This document shows positions 8,023-15,154 of a stretch of 24,000 nt of DNA, piece by piece. Both the position numbers and the translations under genes were made by a program. This stretch comes from Nitriliruptoraceae bacterium (GTDB lineage Bacteria; Actinomycetota; Nitriliruptoria; Nitriliruptorales; Nitriliruptoraceae). Position 1 is the stretch's first letter, and every line of letters starts with the position of its first letter. The stretch is taken from the NCBI GenBank assembly GCA_007121785.1, contig SKJX01000083.1:169-24168 (forward strand), written 5' to 3'. Below the pieces are notes generated by a model that worked only from the letters and a program-made list of their open reading frames with translations, ran no database searches and was not told the origin of the DNA.

Positions 8023-9231
8023 ACCGAACAGCGACCGCAACCGTAAGCCCACCCAGGTCCCGGCCAGCGCCATCACCCCCCAGATCCACCCGTGCAGGCT
8101 CAGCGAGGCGATCCCCGACAGGTACGCGCCGATGTTGCAGCCGAAGGCGATGCTCGCCCCGTAGCCCATCGCGATCCCACCCACGGTGTGGGAGGCCGCG
8201 ACGTTGCGTGGCACCTTGCGCCGGAAGGTGAAGGACCCGGCGACCGCGGCCGCCACCAACGCACCGAGGATGATCCCGATGTTGGTCACGCTGGTGTTGT
8301 CGAGCAGGATCGAGGACTCCAGGGCAGGGTTGTTCTGCCAGGCTGGCCAGCTCGCCGGATCCCCCAGCCCGAGGGCGCCCACGAGCTTGGAGCCCCAGAG
8401 CCGGAACGCACCGGTGACCCCCCAAGGCGACCCCGAGGTCAGCAGCACGAGCGCGTTGAGGCCGGCCAGCACCAGGGCGCCGACCCACAACGGCCACGAC
8501 CCGCGCAGGATGCGGGCGGCACCGCGCGTGGTCGGCACCGGATCGATGGGCGGCGGCTGGCGACGACGACGGACGACCTCCGCGACCGTCGCGATCACGG
8601 CCAGCAACGTCAGCGAGACCACGACACCACCGGCGTGACCGAACCGCGTGTCCGCCAACGACACGGGATCGCTGATGACCACGCCGGCCACCCCACCGGG
8701 CTCCCACCACTGCACCGTTCGGATACCCGCGATCGACCCGACGATGAAGGCGGCGAGGGTGATCAGCACCGGGCCGTGACCGGAGCCGGTGGCGTACAAC
8801 GTCCCGGAGGCGCAGGCGCCCCCGAGCTGCATGCCGATCCCGAACAGCACCGACCCGACGAACAACCCCAGCGTGATCGGCGCGACGAACCCGGACGCAT
8901 CACCGAAGAACCCCGCACCTCCAGCCAGGATCGGTGCGAACAGCACCACCGCCGTGCCGAGCATCAGCGTGTGCGCCTGTAACCCACGACCCTGACCGAC
9001 GCTGACCAGTTGCCGCCAGGCGGAGGTGAAACCGAACCTCGCGTGGAACAGGGTGACGCCCAGCGCCACCCCGAGCACGAGCAGCAGCGCACGGTCCAGC
9101 CCGTAGCGCTGGAAGGCGTACCAGGCCAGGGCGAGGGCACCCAGGCTGCCCGTGGCGGCCAGCCCGAGCTGTGGGGCCGGCAGGGACGGCGCCGTCCTCG
9201 GTGGGTCCTGGACGAGCGGGGTGGTGGCCAT
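7987..9231 (-). CDS. YeeE/YedE-family sulfur-compound (thiosulfate-type) transporter, two-repeat form
   Basis: ORF 7987..9264. The likely start is ATG 9231 (MATTPLV) with a GGAGA SD. It is a polytopic membrane protein with the conserved Cys motifs GGACASGTLY and FGCNIGAY characteristic of YeeE/YedE. Confidence 0.85.
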   Translation of the reverse strand: MATTPLVQDPPRTAPSLPAPQLGLAATGSLGALALAWYAFQRYGLDRALLLVLGVALGVTLFHARFGFTSAWRQLVSVGQGRGLQAHTLMLGTAVVLFAPILAGGAGFFGDASGFVAPITLGLFVGSVLFGIGMQLGGACASGTLYATGSGHGPVLITLAAFIVGSIAGIRTVQWWEPGGVAGVVISDPVSLADTRFGHAGGVVVSLTLLAVIATVAEVVRRRRQPPPIDPVPTTRGAARILRGSWPLWVGALVLAGLNALVLLTSGSPWGVTGAFRLWGSKLVGALGLGDPASWPAWQNNPALESSILLDNTSVTNIGIILGALVAAAVAGSFTFRRKVPRNVAASHTVGGIAMGYGASIAFGCNIGAYLSGIASLSLHGWIWGVMALAGTWVGLRLRSLFGLPNPKPTDSVC

Positions 9232-9355
9232 GAAGGGATCTCCGGGTCGATCACGTGTGCACACGCCACGGTGTGGGCGCGGTCGGCGAGGTGGTCGCTC
9301 GAGCGACGGCGGCCACGCTACGGAGCGGACCGGTGACCCAGCCAGCCCGACCGTG

Positions 9356-9631
9356 TCAACGTGGCGAACCCCGTGACTCGGGTCCGTCGTCCGCGGCGAG
9401 ACGGTCGACGACCTGGCAGAGCCGCGTGTACGCCTCCACGTCCAGGTCGGGCCGCAACCGTCGGAGCGCCGCGATCACGGCCTGGAAGGTCCGCGCCTCG
9501 ACCCCGCACCGCTGGCAGCTCTCCAGGTGGGCGGCGACCAGTTCGGCGTGCCGCGGCTCCACCTCGCCGTCCAGGAAGGCCTGGAGGATGCGTCGGACGG
9601 CGCGGCAGCCCAAACGGTCCTCCGCTGACAT
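9356..9631 (-). CDS. Orphan ZAS-type (zinc-binding, RsrA-like) anti-sigma factor, paralog of the protein at 11118..11405
   Basis: ORF 9356..9706. The likely start is ATG 9631 (MSAEDRLGC...), although its SD is weak. It has an N-terminal Cys plus HLESCQRC (HxxxCxxC). It aligns without gaps to the second anti-sigma factor (FLDGE, RPDLD, HLxxCxRC), and GC3 is high in this frame. Confidence 0.6.
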   Translation of the reverse strand: MSAEDRLGCRAVRRILQAFLDGEVEPRHAELVAAHLESCQRCGVEARTFQAVIAALRRLRPDLDVEAYTRLCQVVDRLAADDGPESRGSPR

Positions 9632-9752
9632 CCACGATCCACGGTGCACCACGCCACACGCCCGTCCGGTCGGGGCCCTACCGCGGCAACCCCTCAGGGG
9701 TGCCACGGCTTCCGCCTGGTCACGAACCGCCTGCGGACGGGCCCCGGCCGGC

Positions 9753-10505
9753 TCAGAGCGTGGCGTCGAACCAGCTGCGGATCACGTCCAGCGCTCGCTC
9801 GGCTGACGCGCGACGGCTCAGCAGGTGGTCGGCGTCCAACAGCGGGTAGAACGCCTTCGGCTGGTGCGCGGCCGCGAAGATCCGCTCGCCCTCATCGACC
9901 CCGACCACCTCGTCGTCGACCGCGTGGACCACCAGCAACGGCCGGTCGAGGTCGGCGATGGCGCCGCGCTGATCGTGGTCATCGAGGTCGTCGAGGAAGC
10001 CACGACCGATGTCGAACTCCCGACCGCCGATCGTGACCCGGATCGTGTCACCCGTCCCGTCGTCGTCGGCCGTCATGAAGTGATGCCGTACGTGCTCCGG
10101 GGTCGAGGGAGCGCCGAGCGTGACCACCGAGCGGACGGTGTGCAGCTTGCGTGTCGCCAGCAGCGCGGCGGCACCGCCCAGGCTGTGCCCGAGCAAGCCA
10201 CACGGGCCGTAGCCACGGTCGATCAACGCGGTCGCGGCGGCCGTCAGGTCACGGACGTCGTTGGCGACGGTGGTGGTCGCGAACTCACCTTCGCTCTCCC
10301 CCAGCCCGGTGAAGTCGAACCGCAGGACCGCGTAGCCCGCCTCCGCCAAACCGGTCGCCAGCCGGGTCATGGTGTGAAGATCCTTGGAGCAGGTGAAGCA
10401 GTGCGCGAGCAGGACGCTGCCTCGCGCGGTGCCCTCCGGACGGTGGAAGGTCCCGGCGAGTTCGCTGCCGGTACTGCCGGGGAAGCTGAGCTCCTCGGTC
10501 TCCAC
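9753..10505 (-). CDS. Alpha/beta-fold hydrolase (esterase/lipase-type serine hydrolase)
   Basis: ORF 9753..10667. The upstream part would overlap the sigma-factor gene, so the likely start is GTG 10505 (VETEELSFPG), which has an AGGAG SD 7 nt upstream. The nucleophile elbow is GHSLGG, and the C-terminal VHAVDDEVV...DADH motifs provide the Asp and His. Confidence 0.75.
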   Translation of the reverse strand: METEELSFPGSTGSELAGTFHRPEGTARGSVLLAHCFTCSKDLHTMTRLATGLAEAGYAVLRFDFTGLGESEGEFATTTVANDVRDLTAAATALIDRGYGPCGLLGHSLGGAAALLATRKLHTVRSVVTLGAPSTPEHVRHHFMTADDDGTGDTIRVTIGGREFDIGRGFLDDLDDHDQRGAIADLDRPLLVVHAVDDEVVGVDEGERIFAAAHQPKAFYPLLDADHLLSRRASAERALDVIRSWFDATL

Positions 10506-10523
10506 GTCTCGCTCCTGATCGCT

Positions 10524-10551
10524 GGGAACGGCCAGCCTATGCAGGCACCTC
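10524..10551 (+). promoter_or_regulatory. Candidate ECF-type autoregulatory promoter GGGAAC-N18-CCTC upstream of the sigma-factor gene
   Basis: GGGAAC lies at 10524-10529 and CCTC at 10548-10551, about 30 nt before the GTG at 10582. The same GGGAAC-N18-nYTC layout occurs twice in the tlpA/lipoprotein intergenic region. Confidence 0.3.
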
Positions 10552-10581
10552 GGGCGACGCGCCCGCAGTACTCTGCCGGCC

Positions 10582-11121
10582 GTGCCCACCGACGATCGCG
10601 ATGCCAGGTTCCGGGAGCAGGTCCTCCCGGAGCTCGAGGTGATGTACCGGGTCGCCCGTCGGCTCACGGGGGACGCGACCGACGCGGAGGACCTCGTCCA
10701 GGACGTGCTCGTCCGCGCCTACCGGTCCTTCGACGGGTTCGATGGCCGCTACCCCCGGGCGTGGTTGCTGACGATCCTGCGCAACACCCACATCAACCAG
10801 CTTCGCAAGCGCCGCACCGACCTGCTCGACGACGAGGTCGCACAGCAGCTGCCGGCACGCGGCCACGACGGTCGCGAGGACGGGACCGCCGAGCAGGCGT
10901 TCCAGGACGACCTCGACCCGGTCGTGCGCGACGCGCTGGCGCAGCTCTCGCCCAAGCACCGGGCGGTCGTGGCGCTGGTCGATCTCGATGAACTCACCTA
11001 CCAGGAGGCCGCCGACGTGCTCGACGTCCCGGTCGGCACGGTGATGAGCCGCCTGCACCGTGCCCGACGCAAGGTCAAGGCGCACCTCGAAGCGCACGGG
11101 ATCACGGAGGTGCCGCGATGA
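10582..11121 (+). CDS. ECF (group 4) sigma-70 family RNA polymerase sigma factor
   Basis: GTG start at 10582. Region 2 reads DAEDLVQDVLVRAYRSFDGFDG...AWLLTILRN. Region 4 reads LSPKHRAVVALVDLDELTYQEAADVLDVPVGTVMSRLHRAR. Confidence 0.9.
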   Translation: MPTDDRDARFREQVLPELEVMYRVARRLTGDATDAEDLVQDVLVRAYRSFDGFDGRYPRAWLLTILRNTHINQLRKRRTDLLDDEVAQQLPARGHDGREDGTAEQAFQDDLDPVVRDALAQLSPKHRAVVALVDLDELTYQEAADVLDVPVGTVMSRLHRARRKVKAHLEAHGITEVPR

Positions 11122-11405
11122 GGTGGTGGCGTCGGAGCCCGACCCCGCTGCCCGAGCAGCCGGACTGCGACGAGGTGGCCACGGTCCTGCAGTCCTACCT
11201 CGACGGGGAACTGGGCCCGCAGGACGCCGACAAGGTCAGCGAGCACCTCCAGCACTGCGACCGGTGCGAGATCGCGGCGAGCACCGTCACCCGCGTCATC
11301 GACGCGATCCGCCGGCAACGACCGGACCTCGACCCCGAACCGGTGGAGCGCCTGACCGGCTTCATCGATCAGCTCAGCGACGAGGGTCCCCCGCCGGATC
11401 GTTGA
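11118..11405 (+). CDS. ZAS-type (RsrA-like) anti-sigma factor, translationally coupled to the ECF sigma factor
   Basis: An ATGA start/stop overlap occupies 11118-11121. The motif is HLQHCDRC (HxxxCxxC) with an upstream Cys (PDCDEV). It has no TM segment, so it is a cytoplasmic redox or zinc sensor type. Confidence 0.8.
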   Translation: MRWWRRSPTPLPEQPDCDEVATVLQSYLDGELGPQDADKVSEHLQHCDRCEIAASTVTRVIDAIRRQRPDLDPEPVERLTGFIDQLSDEGPPPDR

Positions 11406-12294
11406 CCGCCGCCTGGGCCTCGTCCGTCGGGGCTGCGTGGCCGCCGGCCGATCCAGCACGCTCGCGCCGACCCGCCGCCCGGACGGCGATCGCGGCGGCG
11501 ACGACCGCCACCGCAGCGACCACCCCCACGGCGACGGCGTGGTCGGTCGCCAGGTTGGTCAGGCGTGCCGAGAGCTGCTCGACCCACACGACCGCCGCCG
11601 GTTGCGAGGTGGGGTCACCCGTGAGCGTCGTCGCCCAGAAGAAGACGATGTAGCCACCAGCCAGCGCCAGGATCGCGCCGGCGGCCCGTTCGATGAACCG
11701 GCCGGAGGCCCGGAGACGGTCGATCACGGTGCGGTGGCCGACCGCCAACGCGAGCGTGACCACCATCAGCATCGCCGCCATGCCCAGGCCGTACACCAGG
11801 AAGGTCACCAGCCCCGCGACGAACCCCAGCTGCGGGATCGTGCCGGCCACGACGACCAGGAACACCGGAAGCGTGCACGACAGCGACGCGATCGCGTAGG
11901 AGACACCGAACACGAAGACGCCGCCGTTGCCGCTGCTGGTCCCGCCACCGGCGGGCTTGGGCAGCCTCGCCCGCAACTCCAGCCCGAGCATCACGGCGAT
12001 CCCGAGCACGACGAGCACTACCCCGACGATCAGCGCGATCCACGGCATCAGGTCGACGACCGCCTGCACGCCGGCGCTGATGAGGATGCCGGCCACGCCG
12101 AAGACCACCAGGAACCCGGCCGAGACCAGCGTGCCCACCCACAGGGCCCGGCGGATCGCGCTGCCGCGTCCGCCGTCGCGGTCGGCGTCGACCCCGACGA
12201 AGTACGACAGGTAGGCCGGCAGCATCGCGAACCCGCACGGGTTGAGCGTCGCGACCAACCCCGCGGTGAACGCCAGCGCGAAGGGCACCTCCAT
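11374..12294 (-). CDS. ccdA: Cytochrome c biogenesis / thiol-disulfide electron transporter CcdA (DsbD-core family)
   Basis: The N-terminus FALAFTAGLVATLNPCGFAMLPAYLSYF carries the first conserved Cys, and the second is in YAIASLSCTLPVF. The protein is polytopic. Its ATG overlaps the stop of the upstream thioredoxin gene (ATGA at 12291-12296). Confidence 0.85.
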   Translation of the reverse strand: MEVPFALAFTAGLVATLNPCGFAMLPAYLSYFVGVDADRDGGRGSAIRRALWVGTLVSAGFLVVFGVAGILISAGVQAVVDLMPWIALIVGVVLVVLGIAVMLGLELRARLPKPAGGGTSSGNGGVFVFGVSYAIASLSCTLPVFLVVVAGTIPQLGFVAGLVTFLVYGLGMAAMLMVVTLALAVGHRTVIDRLRASGRFIERAAGAILALAGGYIVFFWATTLTGDPTSQPAAVVWVEQLSARLTNLATDHAVAVGVVAAVAVVAAAIAVRAAGRRERAGSAGGHAAPTDEAQAAVNDPAGDPRR

Positions 12295-12809
12295 CAGACG
12301 TCCGTCCCGAGGTGCTCACCGATCAGCTCGCGGAGCTGCTCCTCGGTGATCAGCCCCGCCTGGCGATGGACGATGCCGCCGTGCTCGTCGATGAAGAACG
12401 TGCTCGGCATGGAGCTCACCTCGAACGCGCGGAACAGATCCCCCTCCGGGTCGAGCCCGAGGTCGTAGGTCACGCCCGTCTGCTCGACGAGCTCTTGCGC
12501 CTGCTCGAGCGAGTCCTGGGTGTTGAGGCCGACGAACCGCACCTGATCGCCAGCGTCGAGGTGGACCCGCTCGAAGTCCGGCATCTCGGCGATGCAGGGG
12601 GCGCACCACGACGCCCAGAAGTTGACCACCATCGGCTCGCCCTCGAACGCCGGCAGCGAGGTGACCTCGCCGTCGAACGTCTCGAAGTCCTGGTCGGGCA
12701 CCGGCGGGCCAGCGGCCTCGTCACCGTCGGAGGTGCACGCGGCGGCGACCAGCGCCAGAGCGACCGTGACGGCCACGAACCGGCGGCGACGTCCACGGGT
12801 GGGGTGCAT
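12294..12809 (-). CDS. TlpA/ResA-like membrane-anchored thioredoxin (thiol-disulfide oxidoreductase) lipoprotein
   Basis: ORF 12294..13517. The real start is ATG 12809 (MHPTRGRRRRFVAVTVALALVAAAC, a signal peptide with lipobox) with an AAGGAG SD. The active site is WASWCAPC. Confidence 0.85.
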   Translation of the reverse strand: MHPTRGRRRRFVAVTVALALVAAACTSDGDEAAGPPVPDQDFETFDGEVTSLPAFEGEPMVVNFWASWCAPCIAEMPDFERVHLDAGDQVRFVGLNTQDSLEQAQELVEQTGVTYDLGLDPEGDLFRAFEVSSMPSTFFIDEHGGIVHRQAGLITEEQLRELIGEHLGTDV

Positions 12810-12883
12810 CGGGGCTCCTTGGAGATCGAGCTCGGCATCGGGTGACAGCGATCGGTTCGACGGATCACCGCGGGCGTACTCGA

Positions 12884-12911
12884 GGGAACCCACGGGCTGG
12901 CCGCAGGCTTC
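12884..12911 (+). promoter_or_regulatory. Candidate ECF-type promoter GGGAAC-N18-CTTC oriented toward the lipoprotein gene
   Basis: GGGAAC lies at 12884-12889 and CTTC at 12908-12911. The spacing is the same as in the element at 10524-10551. Confidence 0.25.
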
Positions 12912-12934
12912 CAGGGATCGACCGACGGCCCGGG

Positions 12935-12962
12935 GAATGGTGCCTGGCCGCGACGGGTTCCC
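12935..12962 (-). promoter_or_regulatory. Candidate ECF-type promoter GGGAAC-N18-ATTC oriented toward tlpA-ccdA
   Basis: On the minus strand, GGGAAC is the complement of 12957-12962 and ATTC the complement of 12935-12938. It lies face-to-face with the element at 12884-12911. Confidence 0.25.
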
Positions 12963-13038
12963 GAAGCGGACCCGCGCGAGCCGCCGGTGGCGGTCGCCGT
13001 CCGCGCATGCCGTCAGTACCGATCCAGGAGCCGCCACG

Positions 13039-13728
13039 ATGCGCCATCCCCTGCGTCGAGCGATCGCGCTGTCGGCGGCAGGACTGGTCACCCTCAGCGC
13101 CTGCACCTCGCCGGATGAGGCCCCGGTCCCCGACGACGACCTCCCGGAAGGCTGGTCGAGCGAACAGGTCGACGACGACCGGGAGGGCACCTTCACCCTC
13201 GCTCGGCCCGACGACGCCGTGCTCTGGAAGATGGGCGACGCCGTCGACAAGATCGAGGCGGAGACCGACGGCACCCCGTGGGGCGGCTTCTGGGTCCCGC
13301 AGCTCGACCGTGCGACCTCGGACCGCGACAACGTGCGCGCGCTCGCGGTGCTCCACGACGACGACGACGGGGTCGTCTCCTGGCAGGTCAACGTCGCCGC
13401 GACCAACGAGGAGCTGCCCACCGATCCCGACGAGCTGGCGGCGGCGTGGGCCGAGCAGTTCCGCTCCCAGGAGCTGGACGTCGAGGTGGAGACCACGACC
13501 GAGTGGGCGGACCGCACGATCGCGCAGGTGGAGTTCCGGGTGCCCGAATCGGTGTTCGACGGTGAGGTCCGCTACGTCCGGCAGTGGTTCGTGACGGACG
13601 AACAGCACGACCGGCTGTGGTCGTTCGTCTGCGACGCACCCGCCGACGAGGCGGCCTCCGCGGCCACCTGCGACGCGGCACTGGACGGGTTCCGTCCCAG
13701 CGACGCCCCCGCCGGCGTCGAGCTCTGA
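13039..13728 (+). CDS. Acidic secreted lipoprotein of unknown function
   Basis: ORF 12592..13728. The real start is ATG 13039 with an AGGAG SD 8 nt upstream. The signal peptide MRHPLRRAIALSAAGLVTLSAC has a lipobox. The mature part is rich in Asp/Glu and contains two Cys near the C-terminus. I recognise no family. Confidence 0.6.
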   Translation: MRHPLRRAIALSAAGLVTLSACTSPDEAPVPDDDLPEGWSSEQVDDDREGTFTLARPDDAVLWKMGDAVDKIEAETDGTPWGGFWVPQLDRATSDRDNVRALAVLHDDDDGVVSWQVNVAATNEELPTDPDELAAAWAEQFRSQELDVEVETTTEWADRTIAQVEFRVPESVFDGEVRYVRQWFVTDEQHDRLWSFVCDAPADEAASAATCDAALDGFRPSDAPAGVEL

Positions 13729-13756
13729 GCCGGTCGAGGCCTCGTCCCGTCCGCCG

Positions 13757-15142
13757 TCACGCAGCCCGGTCGGCGAGCGGTTCGAGCTTCGCCGTGAAGT
13801 GGCGCAGCATCGCCGGCTGGGACACGATCCGCAGCCCCCGCAGCTCGTCGGCGCGGCCGGCGACCTCCGCGAGGACCTCGCCGACGTAGTCGACGTGGCT
13901 CTGGGTGTAGGTGCGCCGCGGCAACGCCAACCGAACCAGGTCGTGGGTGGCCGGCTCGTCCGGGCCGTCCGGCTGCGGCCGACCGAACATCAAGGTGCCC
14001 ACCTCGACGCCGCGCACCCCGCCGGTGAGGTAGAGCTCGCAGGCCAGCGCCTGTGCCGGGTAGGCGTGCGGAGGGATGTGGGGCAGCAACCCGCGGGCGT
14101 CGAGGTAGACCGCGTGGCCGCCGGGTGGGCGGACCGTCGGGATCCCGGCGTCCCAGGCGAGCTCGGCCAGGTACTCGGCGGTGCGGACCCGGTAGGTCAG
14201 GTAGGCAGGGTCGGTCACCTCGAGCAGCCCCTGCGCCAGCGCTTCCAGGTCACGGCCGGCCAGTCCGCCGTAGGTGGGGAAGCCCTCGGTGAGGATCAAC
14301 ATCGCCCGGCACCGCTCGGCCAGGTCCGGATCGTCGATCGCCAGGACCCCGCCGATGTTGGCCAACCCGTCCTTCTTCAGGCTGATCCAGCAGCCGTCCG
14401 CCAGCCGGAACAGCTCACGGGCGACCTCGCGGGGCTCGCGGCCCTCCTGCCCCGCCTCGCGCTGGGTGATGAACCACGCGTTCTCCGCGAACCGGGCGGC
14501 GTCGAGGAACAGCGGCAGGTCGTGGCGGTCGCAGACCTCGCGGACCGCCCGGACGTTGGCCAGCGACACCGGTTGCCCACCACCGGAGTTGTCGGTGATC
14601 GTGATCGTCACGCACGGGATGCGGTCGCGGCCGACCTCGGCGATCGTCGCCTCGAGGGCGTCGACGTCCAGATCGCCCTTGAACGGCAGCTCCGCGCTCA
14701 GCTCACGGGCCGCCGGTGGGATCAGGTCCCGCGCTTCGGCCCGCTGGTACTCCACGTTGGCGCGCGTGGTGTCGAAGTGCCGGTTGTTGGGGACCACGTC
14801 GCCGGGACGGACGATCTCACCGAACAGGATCCGTTCGGCGGCCCGGCCCTGATGGGTCGGGATCACGTGCTCGAACCCGGTGAGGTCGCGCACCACCGAC
14901 TCGAAGCGGTGGAACGACGCGGAGCCGGCGTAGGACTCGTCGCCGCGCATCAGTGCCGCCCACTGCTCGCTGGACATCGCCCCGGTCCCCGAGTCGGTCA
15001 GCAGGTCGATCAGCACGTCCTGGGCGTCCAGGCCGAACAGGTTCCAGCCGGCCCCCTCGAGCGCCGCCCGCCGTTCCTCACGGTCCGTCGGCCGGATCGG
15101 CTCGACGACCTTGACCCGGAACGGTTCGATCACGGTGCGCAT
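13757..15142 (-). CDS. Tryptophanase / tyrosine phenol-lyase family PLP-dependent beta-eliminating lyase
   Basis: ATG at 15142 with an AGGAG SD. The protein is collinear over its full length with TnaA/TPL: EPFRVKVVEP, IDLLTDSGTGAMS, THQGRAAE, the PLP-lysine motif SLKKDGLANIGG, and GGHAVYLDA. I cannot separate Trp from Tyr specificity by eye. Confidence 0.9.
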   Translation of the reverse strand: MRTVIEPFRVKVVEPIRPTDREERRAALEGAGWNLFGLDAQDVLIDLLTDSGTGAMSSEQWAALMRGDESYAGSASFHRFESVVRDLTGFEHVIPTHQGRAAERILFGEIVRPGDVVPNNRHFDTTRANVEYQRAEARDLIPPAARELSAELPFKGDLDVDALEATIAEVGRDRIPCVTITITDNSGGGQPVSLANVRAVREVCDRHDLPLFLDAARFAENAWFITQREAGQEGREPREVARELFRLADGCWISLKKDGLANIGGVLAIDDPDLAERCRAMLILTEGFPTYGGLAGRDLEALAQGLLEVTDPAYLTYRVRTAEYLAELAWDAGIPTVRPPGGHAVYLDARGLLPHIPPHAYPAQALACELYLTGGVRGVEVGTLMFGRPQPDGPDEPATHDLVRLALPRRTYTQSHVDYVGEVLAEVAGRADELRGLRIVSQPAMLRHFTAKLEPLADRAA

Positions 15143-15154
15143 CGCTCGGACTCC

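Noticed and set aside
10506-10581. SigR/SigH-type promoter (GGAAT/C-N18-GTT) upstream of the ECF sigma gene.
   Set aside because: A GGGAAC -35 element is present, but no GTT lies at the required spacing. Only the weaker GGGAAC-N18-CCTC pattern is reported, at low confidence.
12810-13517. N-terminal extensions of track ORFs, such as the 407-aa version of the thioredoxin ORF. Other examples are 1675-1791, 4195-4437, 9632-9706, 10506-10667, 16478-16933, 17608-17805 and 21485-21982.
   Set aside because: The extensions are Ser/Arg/Pro-rich, overlap neighbouring genes or promoter regions, and precede internal starts. Those internal starts have good Shine-Dalgarno sequences, signal peptides, or start/stop coupling to the upstream gene.
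13735-13744. Palindrome CGAGGCCTCG between the convergent lipoprotein and lyase genes, considered as a bidirectional terminator.
   Set aside because: It is only 10 bp, so the stem would be at most 4 bp once a loop is allowed, and there is no U-tract. That is too weak to call.
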